64,000 nt of DNA from an uncultured Gammaproteobacteria bacterium (GTDB lineage: Bacteria > Patescibacteriota > Microgenomatia > Daviesbacterales > UBA10151): assembly GCA_964396715.1 (NCBI GenBank), contig CAYNFQ010000001.1:21037-85036 (forward strand). Direction: 5' to 3'. Under the pieces are notes generated by a model. That model saw only the letters and a program-made list of their open reading frames with translations, was not told where the DNA came from and ran no database searches. Position numbers and translations under genes: made by a program. Below are positions 1-9,232 of the stretch, in pieces. Numbering within the stretch: the first letter of the stretch is position 1; every line of letters starts with the position of its first letter.

Positions 1-570
1 TATGGAGTATTTCCCAGACTGGTTATTAGAGGAGATTCTGTAGTATATTCATCCAGGGCATTTACAGCAGCTCATGAAGGGCAAGGTTTGGGAACTAATG
101 CTTTAGATCAAGTGATTAAGATACATAATGACGAACTTAGGAGATTACATCAAAAGCCTCTAGCTTATGGTGCGTTATATACTGGGAGTCCGGTATCATT
201 GGCTTCAATCGTAAGATCTGAAAATACTGATAATGTCCGCCCCCTCTTTAGACGTGAAGGTCTTAAAGGAGGTGGTCGTTATGTAATGCTTTCAGGGCCT
301 CAACGAGTAGTTAAAGAAATACATTCTCTTTTTCTGCCAAATACAACATCCCTTAATAATCTCACAGGTGTTTGTAGAGGTGAATTACGGGACATAGGGC
401 CAAATCAGAGCTATATACCTGGCCGAAGTGTTCTAGCTGATCAGATTTATGGTGAAATGATTAGTACTTATCCTGATGGTTTGGATATGAACATACCTCA
501 GGGTGATGTAGTGATTGTGGTTTATGACATTAAAGCAGGCGACCCTGTTGTATCTAGAGTTGCTGCATAA
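1..570 (+). CDS. 5'-truncated hypothetical protein, possible GNAT-fold acetyltransferase
   Basis: Frame is open from base 1 (YGVFPRLVIRG...HEGQGLGTNAL); the QGxG-like segment resembles the GNAT acetyl-CoA binding loop. Confidence 0.45.
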   Translation, partial: YGVFPRLVIRGDSVVYSSRAFTAAHEGQGLGTNALDQVIKIHNDELRRLHQKPLAYGALYTGSPVSLASIVRSENTDNVRPLFRREGLKGGGRYVMLSGPQRVVKEIHSLFLPNTTSLNNLTGVCRGELRDIGPNQSYIPGRSVLADQIYGEMISTYPDGLDMNIPQGDVVIVVYDIKAGDPVVSRVAA

Positions 571-624
571 TTACGTGCAGTTGAACCAGTCTAATTTCTT
601 CTTTTAAAAAATATTAGCTTCAGG

Positions 625-630
625 TATACT
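625..630 (+). promoter_or_regulatory. Putative -10 box (TATACT), 6 nt before the lysS ATG (leaderless)
   Basis: TATACT-ttacac-ATG with no SD sequence. Confidence 0.55.
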
Positions 631-636
631 TTACAC

Positions 637-2145
637 ATGGCTTTAGAGGATTTACAAAAGGAAAGATTAAAGAAGTTAAAAAATATTCAAAGGTTGGGGA
701 TTAATCCTTATCCTTCAAAATCCAATCGTAAGCATACAATTTCCATTGCCCGGAAAATGATGGGTAAAAAGGTCACTGTTGCAGGCAGGATTAGATCACT
801 TCGTCCTCATGGAAAAATCACCTTTGCAGATATTGAAGATGCAACAGGCAAAATTCAACTATTTTTTTCTCAGGAAGAATTAACTGGTGAAAAATATGAG
901 TTTTTAACAAATTTGGATTTGGGGGATTTTATAGAATGTAGCGGTGAAATTTTTAAAACCCAAGCAGGAGAAATCTCTGTCAGAGTTTCTGATTTTAAAT
1001 TGCTCACAAAAAGTTTAAGGCCTTTGCCATCCAGCTGGTATGGATTAAAAGATGTGGAGGAAAGATACAGAAGAAGATATGTAGATCTTTTAATGAATCC
1101 TGTTGTTAAAGAAACCTTTATTAAGAGAACAAAAATTATCACTGCTGTGAGAGGATTTTTAGACCAAAGAGATTTTTTAGAAGTTGAGACCCCAACTTTA
1201 CAAGAAGTTTATGGAGGAGCAAATGCCAGACCATTTAAAACTCGCCATAATACTCTAGGTTATGATTTTTTTCTCAAAATTTCTGATGAACTATACTTAA
1301 AAAGATTAATTATAGGAGGATTCGAAAAGGTTTATGAAATAGATAAGGATTTCCGCAATGAAGGTATTGATAAATCTCATAATCCCGAGTTTACTATGAT
1401 GGAATGTTATTGGGCTTATGCAGATTATCAAGATATGATGAAATTGACAGAAGATCTTTATCAGGAAGTGGCTTCAAAAGTTTTAGGTACTACTAAAATC
1501 ACTTTTGGTAGTCATAAGATTGATCTAAAAGCGCCTTGGAAAAGAATTACCATGAAAGAAGCTATTAAAAAATATGCGGGTGTAGATATAGATAAATTAA
1601 CAGATCAAGAGATTAGGGCTTTGCTGAAAAAAAATAATCTGGAACTAGAGGATAAACCAACTTTGACTGGTGTGGCAGCAGGATTTAATAGAGGAGTGGC
1701 TATTGCTACTCTTTTTGAATTGGTTGAACCAAATCTTATTCAACCTACCTTTGTTTATGATTTTCCCAAAGAAACCACTGCTCTTTGTAAACAAAAAGAG
1801 TCACAACCCGATTTAATTGAAAGATTTGAGCCATATATTGCTGGATTTGAGGTAGGTAATGCCTACTCTGAGTTAAATGATCCAATTGTCCAAAAAGAAT
1901 TTTTTGAGGAGCAATTAAAAGCTGCCAAATCAGGAGATGAAGAAGCTCATCCTATGGATAAAGCTTATTTGGAAGCCATGGAATATGGCATACCCCCAAC
2001 AGGAGGTTTAGGATTGGGAATTGATAGAATGGTAATGCTACTGACTAATAACCCAAGTATTGCTGAAGTTATTTTATTTCCAACCCTCCGTCCGTCCCAT
2101 CCCGCAAGCGGGAAAGAAAAGAAAAGGAGAGTAATTACTGAATAA
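637..2145 (+). CDS. lysS: Lysine--tRNA ligase (class II)
   Basis: OB-fold N-terminus, YRRRYVDL, FLEVETP, FRNEGID..HNPEFT, GLGIDR motifs. Confidence 0.98.
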   Translation: MALEDLQKERLKKLKNIQRLGINPYPSKSNRKHTISIARKMMGKKVTVAGRIRSLRPHGKITFADIEDATGKIQLFFSQEELTGEKYEFLTNLDLGDFIECSGEIFKTQAGEISVRVSDFKLLTKSLRPLPSSWYGLKDVEERYRRRYVDLLMNPVVKETFIKRTKIITAVRGFLDQRDFLEVETPTLQEVYGGANARPFKTRHNTLGYDFFLKISDELYLKRLIIGGFEKVYEIDKDFRNEGIDKSHNPEFTMMECYWAYADYQDMMKLTEDLYQEVASKVLGTTKITFGSHKIDLKAPWKRITMKEAIKKYAGVDIDKLTDQEIRALLKKNNLELEDKPTLTGVAAGFNRGVAIATLFELVEPNLIQPTFVYDFPKETTALCKQKESQPDLIERFEPYIAGFEVGNAYSELNDPIVQKEFFEEQLKAAKSGDEEAHPMDKAYLEAMEYGIPPTGGLGLGIDRMVMLLTNNPSIAEVILFPTLRPSHPASGKEKKRRVITE

Positions 2146-2185
2146 CAATTTATAGTACGTGCGACAAATTGTTATCATAAATATT

Positions 2186-2818
2186 ATGACTAGAGATGAA
2201 GCTTACAAATTAATGACAGAAATGCTTAAGAGCAAAAACTTGCAAAAGCATGGATTGGCTGTGGAAGCAGTAATGAGAGCGCTTTGTAAATATCTACATG
2301 ATCGTCATCCCCGACCCGATCGGGGATCCATAAATAATATGGATTCCCGTATTCGCGGGAATGACAATATGGAAGAATTTAATGAGGATGAGTGGGCAAT
2401 TGTGGGGTTACTTCATGATGCAGATTATGAATTGGTGGAAAAAGACCCAACTCGTCATACTTTAGTTACTGCAGAAAAATTAAGACCACTTGGAGTATCG
2501 GAGAGAATTATTGAAGGTATAAAAGCTCATCATGATGGAATAAAAGAAACCAGAGATAATTTAATGGAAAAAAGTGTATATGCAGCGGATGAATTATCTG
2601 GGCTGATTACAGCGGTGGCACTGGTGAGACCGGACAAAAAGTTAGCATCAGTTACTGTGGAATCAGTTATGAAAAAGTTTGACCAGAAAAGCTTTGCAGC
2701 TGGTGCAAAAAGAGAGCAGATAAAAGCTTGCGAGAAAGAGCTAAATATTCCTTTGGAAGAATTTGTGGGAATTGCTCTTAAAGCAATGCAGGGAATATCT
2801 GATGAATTGGGATTATGA
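2186..2818 (+). CDS. HDIG/HD-domain phosphohydrolase carrying an in-frame palindromic insert
   Basis: KHGLAVEA, GLLHDADYE, AHH, AADELSG, LVRP, FAAG motifs; ATG 2186 preferred over GTG 2159. Confidence 0.85.
   Translation: MTRDEAYKLMTEMLKSKNLQKHGLAVEAVMRALCKYLHDRHPRPDRGSINNMDSRIRGNDNMEEFNEDEWAIVGLLHDADYELVEKDPTRHTLVTAEKLRPLGVSERIIEGIKAHHDGIKETRDNLMEKSVYAADELSGLITAVALVRPDKKLASVTVESVMKKFDQKSFAAGAKREQIKACEKELNIPLEEFVGIALKAMQGISDELGL
2304..2365. repeat. 62-bp inverted doublet of REP/dRS3-like hairpins, in frame
   Basis: GTCAT...ATGAC ends; hairpins ATCCCCGA-N5-TCGGGGAT and ATTCCC-N8-GGGAAT. Confidence 0.85.
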
Positions 2819-3405
2819 AATTAAATGACCTTAAAAAAATATTAAAGGTTTTTTTAACGCTGCAATGGGCAAAGGAATTACCCCGTCAGGGTTTTATTGC
2901 CATGGGGTTTAAAAGAAATGAGGCGGATTCGGTGGCCGCACATTCTTTTTCCACTGCCCTTCTCTCTTATTTTCTGGCCAAGCAACTGAAGAAAGAAGGG
3001 CAGAAGGTAGATTGCGAAAAAGTTTTGAAAATGGCCTTGGTACATGATATTGGGGAGACAATAGTTGGGGATGTGGGGACTTTTGTTAAAGGTATGGCCG
3101 GAGGTGTTTTTAAAAATATTGAAGAAGAGGGAGTTAAAGCTTTGGTTTCCGGACTAGACTCTAAAGAAGAGATTATAAAATTGGTTGAAGAATATAATGA
3201 CAGAAAAACAATAGAAGCCAGAGTAGTTAAAGCAGCTGATAATTTAGATGCTTTGGCTCAAGCCAAAGGTGTACCCGGAGCGCAAGATGCGCTAAAATAT
3301 TTTAAACAGGTGTATCATATTACAAAATTTGATTGGCATAAAAAAGCAGTGGATCTAATTTTGTCAGGAGAGATAGAACCGGCCAGAGATTGGCAGGATC
3401 ACTAA
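2815..3405 (+). CDS. HD-domain hydrolase, YfbR/5'-deoxynucleotidase-like
   Basis: PRQGF, DSVAAHSF, ALVHDIGE, GD, ADNLD motifs. Confidence 0.8.
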   Translation: MKLNDLKKILKVFLTLQWAKELPRQGFIAMGFKRNEADSVAAHSFSTALLSYFLAKQLKKEGQKVDCEKVLKMALVHDIGETIVGDVGTFVKGMAGGVFKNIEEEGVKALVSGLDSKEEIIKLVEEYNDRKTIEARVVKAADNLDALAQAKGVPGAQDALKYFKQVYHITKFDWHKKAVDLILSGEIEPARDWQDH

Positions 3406-3407
3406 CT

Positions 3408-4640
3408 ATGTTAGACATTAATTTCATAAGAGAAAATAAAGATAAGGTTAAAAAGTCTGTGGAGGCCAGAAAAGCTAACATAGATTTGGATAAATTACTC
3501 CAGTTGGATAGCCAAAGAAGAGAACTTATACAAAAGGTTGATGATTTAAGAGCCAAGAGAAATCAAGCTGCCCAAGCCAAAGATATAGAAACTGGTAAGA
3601 AAATAAAAGAAGAGTTGGGAGGATTAGAAAAAGAATTGGAGAATGTGGAAAAAGAGTGGAATATACTCATGCTTCAAGTTCCCAATATTCTAATGGATGA
3701 GGTGCCAATCGGAGATGCATCTAAAAACAAAGTTATCAGAAAAGAAGGCAGTCCGCCTAAATTTCCTTTTAAAATAAAAGACCATATCGCATTGGGAAAA
3801 AGTCTGGATATTATAGATTTTGACAGGGGAGTAAAGGTGGGAGGATTTAGGGGTTACTTCTTAAAAAACGAGGGAGCCAGGCTGCATTGGGCTGTATTAA
3901 ATTTTGCTTTGGATATAATTGGCCAAAAAGGTTTTCGAGTTATAGTTCCTCCTATTGTAAATAAAAGTTTGGCACTTTTAGGAGGAGGACAATTTCCCTG
4001 GTATGAGGAAGATACATACAAGTTAGGCGATGATGAATATTTGGTGGGAACAGCAGAAATTCCTTTGATGGCATTACATGCAGATGAGACTTTTGATATA
4101 AAAGATTTGCCTAAAAAATATGTAGCGCTCTCTGCTTGTTTCAGAACAGAGATTGGTTCTTATGGAAAGGATACGAAGGGACTGTATAGGGTACATGAGT
4201 TTTATAAAGTAGAACAAGTAATTTTATGTGAGGCTGATGAAAAGGAATCCTTAGGCTTTTTTGAAGATTTACAAGATAATGCAGAAGGGATTTTGCAAGA
4301 GCTTGGCCTTGCCTATCAAGTAGTTTGTTTGTCGTCACAAGATACCGGTAAAAAATCCGCTCTAACTTATGATATTGAAACTTGGATGCCGTCAAGAGAA
4401 AACTACGGTGAGACTCATTCCAATTCATATGTAGCGGATTTTCAAACCAGAAGATTAAAGATTAAATATCGCGATACAGATGGGCAAACTAAATTTTGTC
4501 ATGCCTTAAATAATACTGCCATTGCCTCTCCCAGGATTTTAATTGCCCTGCTGGAGAACTTCCAACTTGAGGATGGCTCCATCAAAATCCCGGAAGTTTT
4601 ACAAAAATATACCGGATTCTCCGAAATTAAACCCAAATAA
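3408..4640 (+). CDS. serS: Serine--tRNA ligase
   Basis: MLDINFIREN start, coiled-coil arm, GTAE, FRTE, GLYRVHEFYKVE, ALNNTA. Confidence 0.97.
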   Translation: MLDINFIRENKDKVKKSVEARKANIDLDKLLQLDSQRRELIQKVDDLRAKRNQAAQAKDIETGKKIKEELGGLEKELENVEKEWNILMLQVPNILMDEVPIGDASKNKVIRKEGSPPKFPFKIKDHIALGKSLDIIDFDRGVKVGGFRGYFLKNEGARLHWAVLNFALDIIGQKGFRVIVPPIVNKSLALLGGGQFPWYEEDTYKLGDDEYLVGTAEIPLMALHADETFDIKDLPKKYVALSACFRTEIGSYGKDTKGLYRVHEFYKVEQVILCEADEKESLGFFEDLQDNAEGILQELGLAYQVVCLSSQDTGKKSALTYDIETWMPSRENYGETHSNSYVADFQTRRLKIKYRDTDGQTKFCHALNNTAIASPRILIALLENFQLEDGSIKIPEVLQKYTGFSEIKPK

Positions 4641-4910
4641 ATGGCCACAATTGCTGATTTAGAAAAAGAGATAGAACTTATCAAACAAAGAAATAAGAGA
4701 GTAGAAACTGAAAAGGAATGGGAAACCAGTTGGACCAGAAGGATAATGGTGGTACTTTTCACCTATCTGGTTATAGCCTTATTCTTTTTATTTGCCGGTA
4801 TATCGAAACCATTTATTAATGCCATTGTACCTGCCATAGCATTTGTCTTATCCACCCTATCAGTTCCACTATTTAGAAATCTTTGGTTAAAATATATCCA
4901 CAAAACTTAA
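4641..4910 (+). CDS. Small membrane protein with two TM segments
   Basis: ORF abuts serS; RNKRVE..K.WE.SW motif followed by hydrophobic segments. Confidence 0.7.
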   Translation: MATIADLEKEIELIKQRNKRVETEKEWETSWTRRIMVVLFTYLVIALFFLFAGISKPFINAIVPAIAFVLSTLSVPLFRNLWLKYIHKT

Positions 4911-4911
4911 A

Positions 4912-6033
4912 TTAAGGGGTAGTTTGCTGCTGTTGTCTTTGTCTGATCAAATCTGCTGCTGAGGTGGCTTGTTGTGTTCCCTCCAGCTGGCCAAAGTTGG
5001 CAGAATCTGTTTCGGCTGCCGGTGTGGCCTGAGGAAGTGGAGTTGCAACAGGTGGAGGAGGTTTAATTTGAGAAGTTTGAGTCTGAGTTGTGGCCGGCAC
5101 AGATGAGGTTTGAGGGGTCTGGCCTAACCCTAAGATAAAGTAGGCAGACGCCCCTGCCACCAGAATCAAAAGTCCAATGCCAATCCCAATCAGCCATTTT
5201 GGTATGCCTTTTCTTTCCTCGGTCGGAAGACTGGGAATTTCCGCTGAAGCAGTATTGGGGACAATTAAAGTTTCTGCAGTGGGTGGTTGTCCTGCTTCTG
5301 AGGGAGTTTGCTCCAAAGAGCCGTTATTGGATATCAGATGGGACAGATCCGTTGGTACGCCTTGAGCCGTCTCTTGAGCGGGTTGAGGTGATGGTGACCA
5401 TTCAGGCGGACCTGCCTGAATGGGATCATCGATAGCGGGAGGTTGCATAGGCGCGCCCAAGGGATTATCCAAAGGAGAAAGATGAGGCTGGAGGGGTGGT
5501 GTAAAGGTTGGAGTAGGTTCTGAGGGGGTTGGCTCTGATTGAGGAGGAGTTGGGGGTGGAACACTCCATGTTGAGGTATCCTGGGGAAAGCTTGTGGATT
5601 CTGGTTGAGCTGTAGCCGGCTGGGGCCAAGTCTGACTTGGCTGGGGGGAGGTCGGGAAAACAGGATTTTGCGGGTACATTTGAGGATTGGCTGATAAATC
5701 CGGTTGCTCTCTTGACAGTGGGGTTGGTTCCGATTGAAAAGGAGTTGGTTCCGGTGCCGGGGGAATAGGCGAAGTTTGTGGTACAGTCCAGGGAGATAGT
5801 GGGGTTGGGTTAGTTTGAGGCTGTTCCCAAGCTGAGGAGGGTTGGGATGGAGAAGGTTGGGCGCTTTGAGTAGGCCAAGCCGGCTGAGGATTTGGCATAG
5901 GAGGTGTAAAAATAGGCTGTGCTGGTGTGGATGTAAACGGATTGGTATCTTGTGGAGCTGGAGGAACGCTACCTGGAACAGGCGCTCTATTTTGCGGATC
6001 AGTGGGATTATTTGGACTGTTTGAATTATCCAT
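4912..6033 (-). CDS. Pro/Ser/Thr/Gln-rich low-complexity protein with one TM helix
   Basis: About 275 aa disordered N-terminus, TM at [24 protein letters not shown]. Confidence 0.8.
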   Translation of the reverse strand: MDNSNSPNNPTDPQNRAPVPGSVPPAPQDTNPFTSTPAQPIFTPPMPNPQPAWPTQSAQPSPSQPSSAWEQPQTNPTPLSPWTVPQTSPIPPAPEPTPFQSEPTPLSREQPDLSANPQMYPQNPVFPTSPQPSQTWPQPATAQPESTSFPQDTSTWSVPPPTPPQSEPTPSEPTPTFTPPLQPHLSPLDNPLGAPMQPPAIDDPIQAGPPEWSPSPQPAQETAQGVPTDLSHLISNNGSLEQTPSEAGQPPTAETLIVPNTASAEIPSLPTEERKGIPKWLIGIGIGLLILVAGASAYFILGLGQTPQTSSVPATTQTQTSQIKPPPPVATPLPQATPAAETDSANFGQLEGTQQATSAADLIRQRQQQQTTP

Positions 6034-6121
6034 TTGGGCAAGGCTTTTAAACTATTGTTAGTGTATAAGAGCAGCTTAGAAATGTCAATGAGACAGGAGA
6101 AATTGTATAATATTACAAACT

Positions 6122-8836
6122 ATGTTAGGGATATTGGGTAAACTTTTGGATTCAAACGAGAGAGAGATTAATAAACTTAAACCTTTGGTTGAAAGTATTA
6201 ATAGTCTGGAAAAAAAGACTGCCACTCTTTCGGATAAACAGTTAAAAGGAAAATTTGCAGAGCTTAAGGCTTTGCACGAAAGAGGCAAAAGTCTGGATGA
6301 GTTGTTGCCGGAAGCCTTTGCTCTGGTTCGAGAGGTAGCAAGGCGCAATATAAAACAGCGCCATTTTGATGTACAAATGATGTCGGCAATTGTACTGCAT
6401 CAGGGTAAGATAGCCGAACAAAAAACCGGAGAGGGAAAAACTTTGTCTGCAACTCCGGCAATGTTTTTAAATGCAATTTCCTCAAAAGGGGTGCATTTGG
6501 TGACAGTTAATGATTATTTGGCTATGAGGGACTGCGGTTGGATGGGACCTGTTTTTGACGCCTTGGGCGCAACTTGCGCCACTATTGTCCATGAGGCCGC
6601 ATATATTTACGACCCCAAATATAAAAATACCTCCCATGATGACAAAAGATTACTACACCTTCGTCCGATTACCAGAAAAGAGGCATATGGGGCGGATATT
6701 ACTTATGGCACCAACAATGAATTTGGGTTTGATTATCTGCGGGACAATATGGTTTTTAAATTGTCAGATCAAGTGCAAAGAGGACATTTTTTCGCAATTG
6801 TTGATGAGGTGGATTCAATTTTAATAGATGAGGCAAGAACCCCTTTAATTATTTCCCAACCTGCCCAAGAAGCAACGGAAAAATACTTTGAATTTGCCAA
6901 AATTATCAATTCGCTTACAAGCTCCGATTATGTTGTTGATGAAAAATTAAAAACCGCGCATTTAACAGAACACGGAACCTTAAAAATAGAAAAAATGCTC
7001 GGGGTGGATAATTTATATGAAAAAGATTTCTCTACCCTTCATCATCTGGAACAAGCTTTAAAAGCCAAAACACTTTTTGAAAAAGATAAAGATTATGTGG
7101 TGAAAGATGGGGAAGTAATAATTGTTGATGAGTTTACCGGAAGGTTGATGTTGGGAAGGAGATATTCGGAAGGTTTGCACCAGGCAATTGAAGCTAAAGA
7201 GGGAGTTTCCATCCAGCAGGAGTCCCAAACCATGGCCACAATCTCTTTCCAAAATTATTTCAGGATGTATGCAAAACTTTCAGGTATGACAGGTACTGCC
7301 GCAACTGAGGCAGAGGAGTTTAACAAAATTTATAAACTGGAAGTGATAGTTATTCCCACCAATAAGCAAATGATAAGAAAAGATCATCCAGATACTATTT
7401 ATAAAACTCAGTCTGCCAAATACACCGCTGTTGCCAATTTAATTGAGGAGACCAACAAAAAAGGTCAGCCAGTCTTGGTTGGAACAACCTCTATTGAGAA
7501 AAATGAGTTCTTATCAGCGCTTTTAAAAAGAAAAGGCATCTCACATGCCTTACTTAATGCCAAAAATCACGAAAAAGAAGCGGAAATTATTGCCAAAGCT
7601 GGAGAAAAAGGAGCTGTTACCGTTGCAACTAACATGGCGGGAAGGGGAGTGGATATTATTTTGGGCAAAGGGGTGGATAAATCGGGAGGATTGTATGTAG
7701 TTGGTACGGAACGGCACGAGTCAAGAAGAATTGACAACCAGCTAAGAGGTCGATCAGGTCGCCAGGGAGATCTCGGGGAGACCAGGTTTTTTGTGTCACT
7801 GGAAGATGATTTAATGAGGATTTTTGGAGGGGAACAGGTTTCCAAGGTGATGGATTTTCTGAAAATGGATGAAAATATGCCAATTGAGCATGGTTTGGTT
7901 TCCAAGGCAATTGAAGGGGCACAGAAAAAAGTGGAGGGTCACAATTTTGATATCAGAAAACATACTGTTGAATATGATGACGTGATGAATCAGCAAAGAC
8001 AGATTATTTATGAGGTTAGAAAGAAGGTTTTAGAAACTGCGGAAAGTAAGGATTTAACTTTAAGAGGTGAAATTTTGGAAAAGGTGGAAAAAGAGATATC
8101 CAATCTTGTCACAATATATTCCGAGGAGGGCATTAATCATCAAAAAATTATTGAAGAGTTTGTGACAATCATTCCCCTTGATTTGGAGAGCCAAAAGCAA
8201 ATAGGAAAACAACTAACCGGTCTGTCAAATACGGATGAGGTTATCAAGTTTTTATCAGATCTGACAAGACACTTTTATGAAGAAAGAGAAAAGCAGGTGG
8301 GTGAGGATCTGGCAAGACAAATGGAGGTGTTTGTGTACCTTAATACCATAGATACTCTTTGGGTTGAGCATCTGGATACTATGGATGATTTAAGATCAGG
8401 TATAGGACTCCGAGGTTATGCCCAAAGAGATCCTTTAATTGAGTATAAAAGGGAAGGGTTTGAGTTATTTGAAAAACTGATGGTGGAAATAGATTATGAA
8501 ATAGTTCATCGGATCTTTAAAGTTGCAGTACAAGGGCAGGCACCAATAGTTCAGTCTCAACCAATAGCAGTGGAAGAAAAACATCCGGAAATAGAGGTTG
8601 GTGTTGAAACTGAAAAAGAGGAGATTAAAGGAGTGGCTGAGGGAAAGCCCTTGGATCAGATTCTGGGAGAAGAAGGCGGAGTCACCAAAGTTACAATTGA
8701 AAGAGATGGGATAGTATCTGAACAAGTGTATGGCAACCAGGGACAATTAACCAAGCCTCATGGGAAAGTAGGCAGAAATGATCCATGTTGGTGTGGATCT
8801 GGCAAAAAATACAAGCGCTGTCACTATCCAAATTAA
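6122..8836 (+). CDS. secA: Preprotein translocase subunit SecA
   Basis: KTGEGKT, DEVDSILIDEARTP, ATNMAGRG, QLRGRSGRQGD, C-terminal GRNDPCWCGSGKKYKRCH. Confidence 0.99.
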   Translation: MLGILGKLLDSNEREINKLKPLVESINSLEKKTATLSDKQLKGKFAELKALHERGKSLDELLPEAFALVREVARRNIKQRHFDVQMMSAIVLHQGKIAEQKTGEGKTLSATPAMFLNAISSKGVHLVTVNDYLAMRDCGWMGPVFDALGATCATIVHEAAYIYDPKYKNTSHDDKRLLHLRPITRKEAYGADITYGTNNEFGFDYLRDNMVFKLSDQVQRGHFFAIVDEVDSILIDEARTPLIISQPAQEATEKYFEFAKIINSLTSSDYVVDEKLKTAHLTEHGTLKIEKMLGVDNLYEKDFSTLHHLEQALKAKTLFEKDKDYVVKDGEVIIVDEFTGRLMLGRRYSEGLHQAIEAKEGVSIQQESQTMATISFQNYFRMYAKLSGMTGTAATEAEEFNKIYKLEVIVIPTNKQMIRKDHPDTIYKTQSAKYTAVANLIEETNKKGQPVLVGTTSIEKNEFLSALLKRKGISHALLNAKNHEKEAEIIAKAGEKGAVTVATNMAGRGVDIILGKGVDKSGGLYVVGTERHESRRIDNQLRGRSGRQGDLGETRFFVSLEDDLMRIFGGEQVSKVMDFLKMDENMPIEHGLVSKAIEGAQKKVEGHNFDIRKHTVEYDDVMNQQRQIIYEVRKKVLETAESKDLTLRGEILEKVEKEISNLVTIYSEEGINHQKIIEEFVTIIPLDLESQKQIGKQLTGLSNTDEVIKFLSDLTRHFYEEREKQVGEDLARQMEVFVYLNTIDTLWVEHLDTMDDLRSGIGLRGYAQRDPLIEYKREGFELFEKLMVEIDYEIVHRIFKVAVQGQAPIVQSQPIAVEEKHPEIEVGVETEKEEIKGVAEGKPLDQILGEEGGVTKVTIERDGIVSEQVYGNQGQLTKPHGKVGRNDPCWCGSGKKYKRCHYPN

Positions 8837-8845
8837 GGTTAAAAT

Positions 8846-9070
8846 ATGATCCAAATGTTTAATGAGCTTAATGCTGATCAGCTTGATGGGCTGGCTAAGC
8901 TTTCTTTTGACTTAGCCAGAGCAGCATTTATTTTGGCTATATTACCCTCACCAAGCATACCTGATAATCCTGGAACTGGATTATTTAAAATCTTACTAGG
9001 TTTATTTTGGGGACTTGTCTGTACATACATGGCTTTGGTATTATTAAGGGCGAAAGAGAGGCTACGATGA
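8846..9070 (+). CDS. Small membrane protein
   Basis: 74 aa with two hydrophobic helices. Confidence 0.6.
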   Translation: MIQMFNELNADQLDGLAKLSFDLARAAFILAILPSPSIPDNPGTGLFKILLGLFWGLVCTYMALVLLRAKERLR

Positions 9071-9192
9071 CATTTTCAGATATTTTGCTGCAACTTTATA
9101 ACACTGGAATTTTAGCTATAGCCATTATGGTTTTAGCTATAGCTATTATTACCTATCCCACGCTTCGTAGCCGTTCCCAAAAGAGAAGATAA
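9067..9192 (+). CDS. 41-aa single-TM peptide
   Basis: ATGA overlap with the upstream stop; hydrophobic helix and basic tail. Confidence 0.5.
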   Translation: MTFSDILLQLYNTGILAIAIMVLAIAIITYPTLRSRSQKRR

Positions 9193-9232
9193 CTTTGCTT
9201 AAAATAACACCCGGTGTGTTTTAATATATATA

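Noticed and set aside
2142-2175. Inverted repeat ATAACAATTT-N14-AAATTGTTAT after lysS
   Set aside because: Very AT-rich with a long loop and no U-tract; cannot be called a terminator or operator
5334-6041. 235-aa alternative-frame ORF over the Pro-rich gene
   Set aside because: Shadow of C-rich low-complexity codons; no recognisable features
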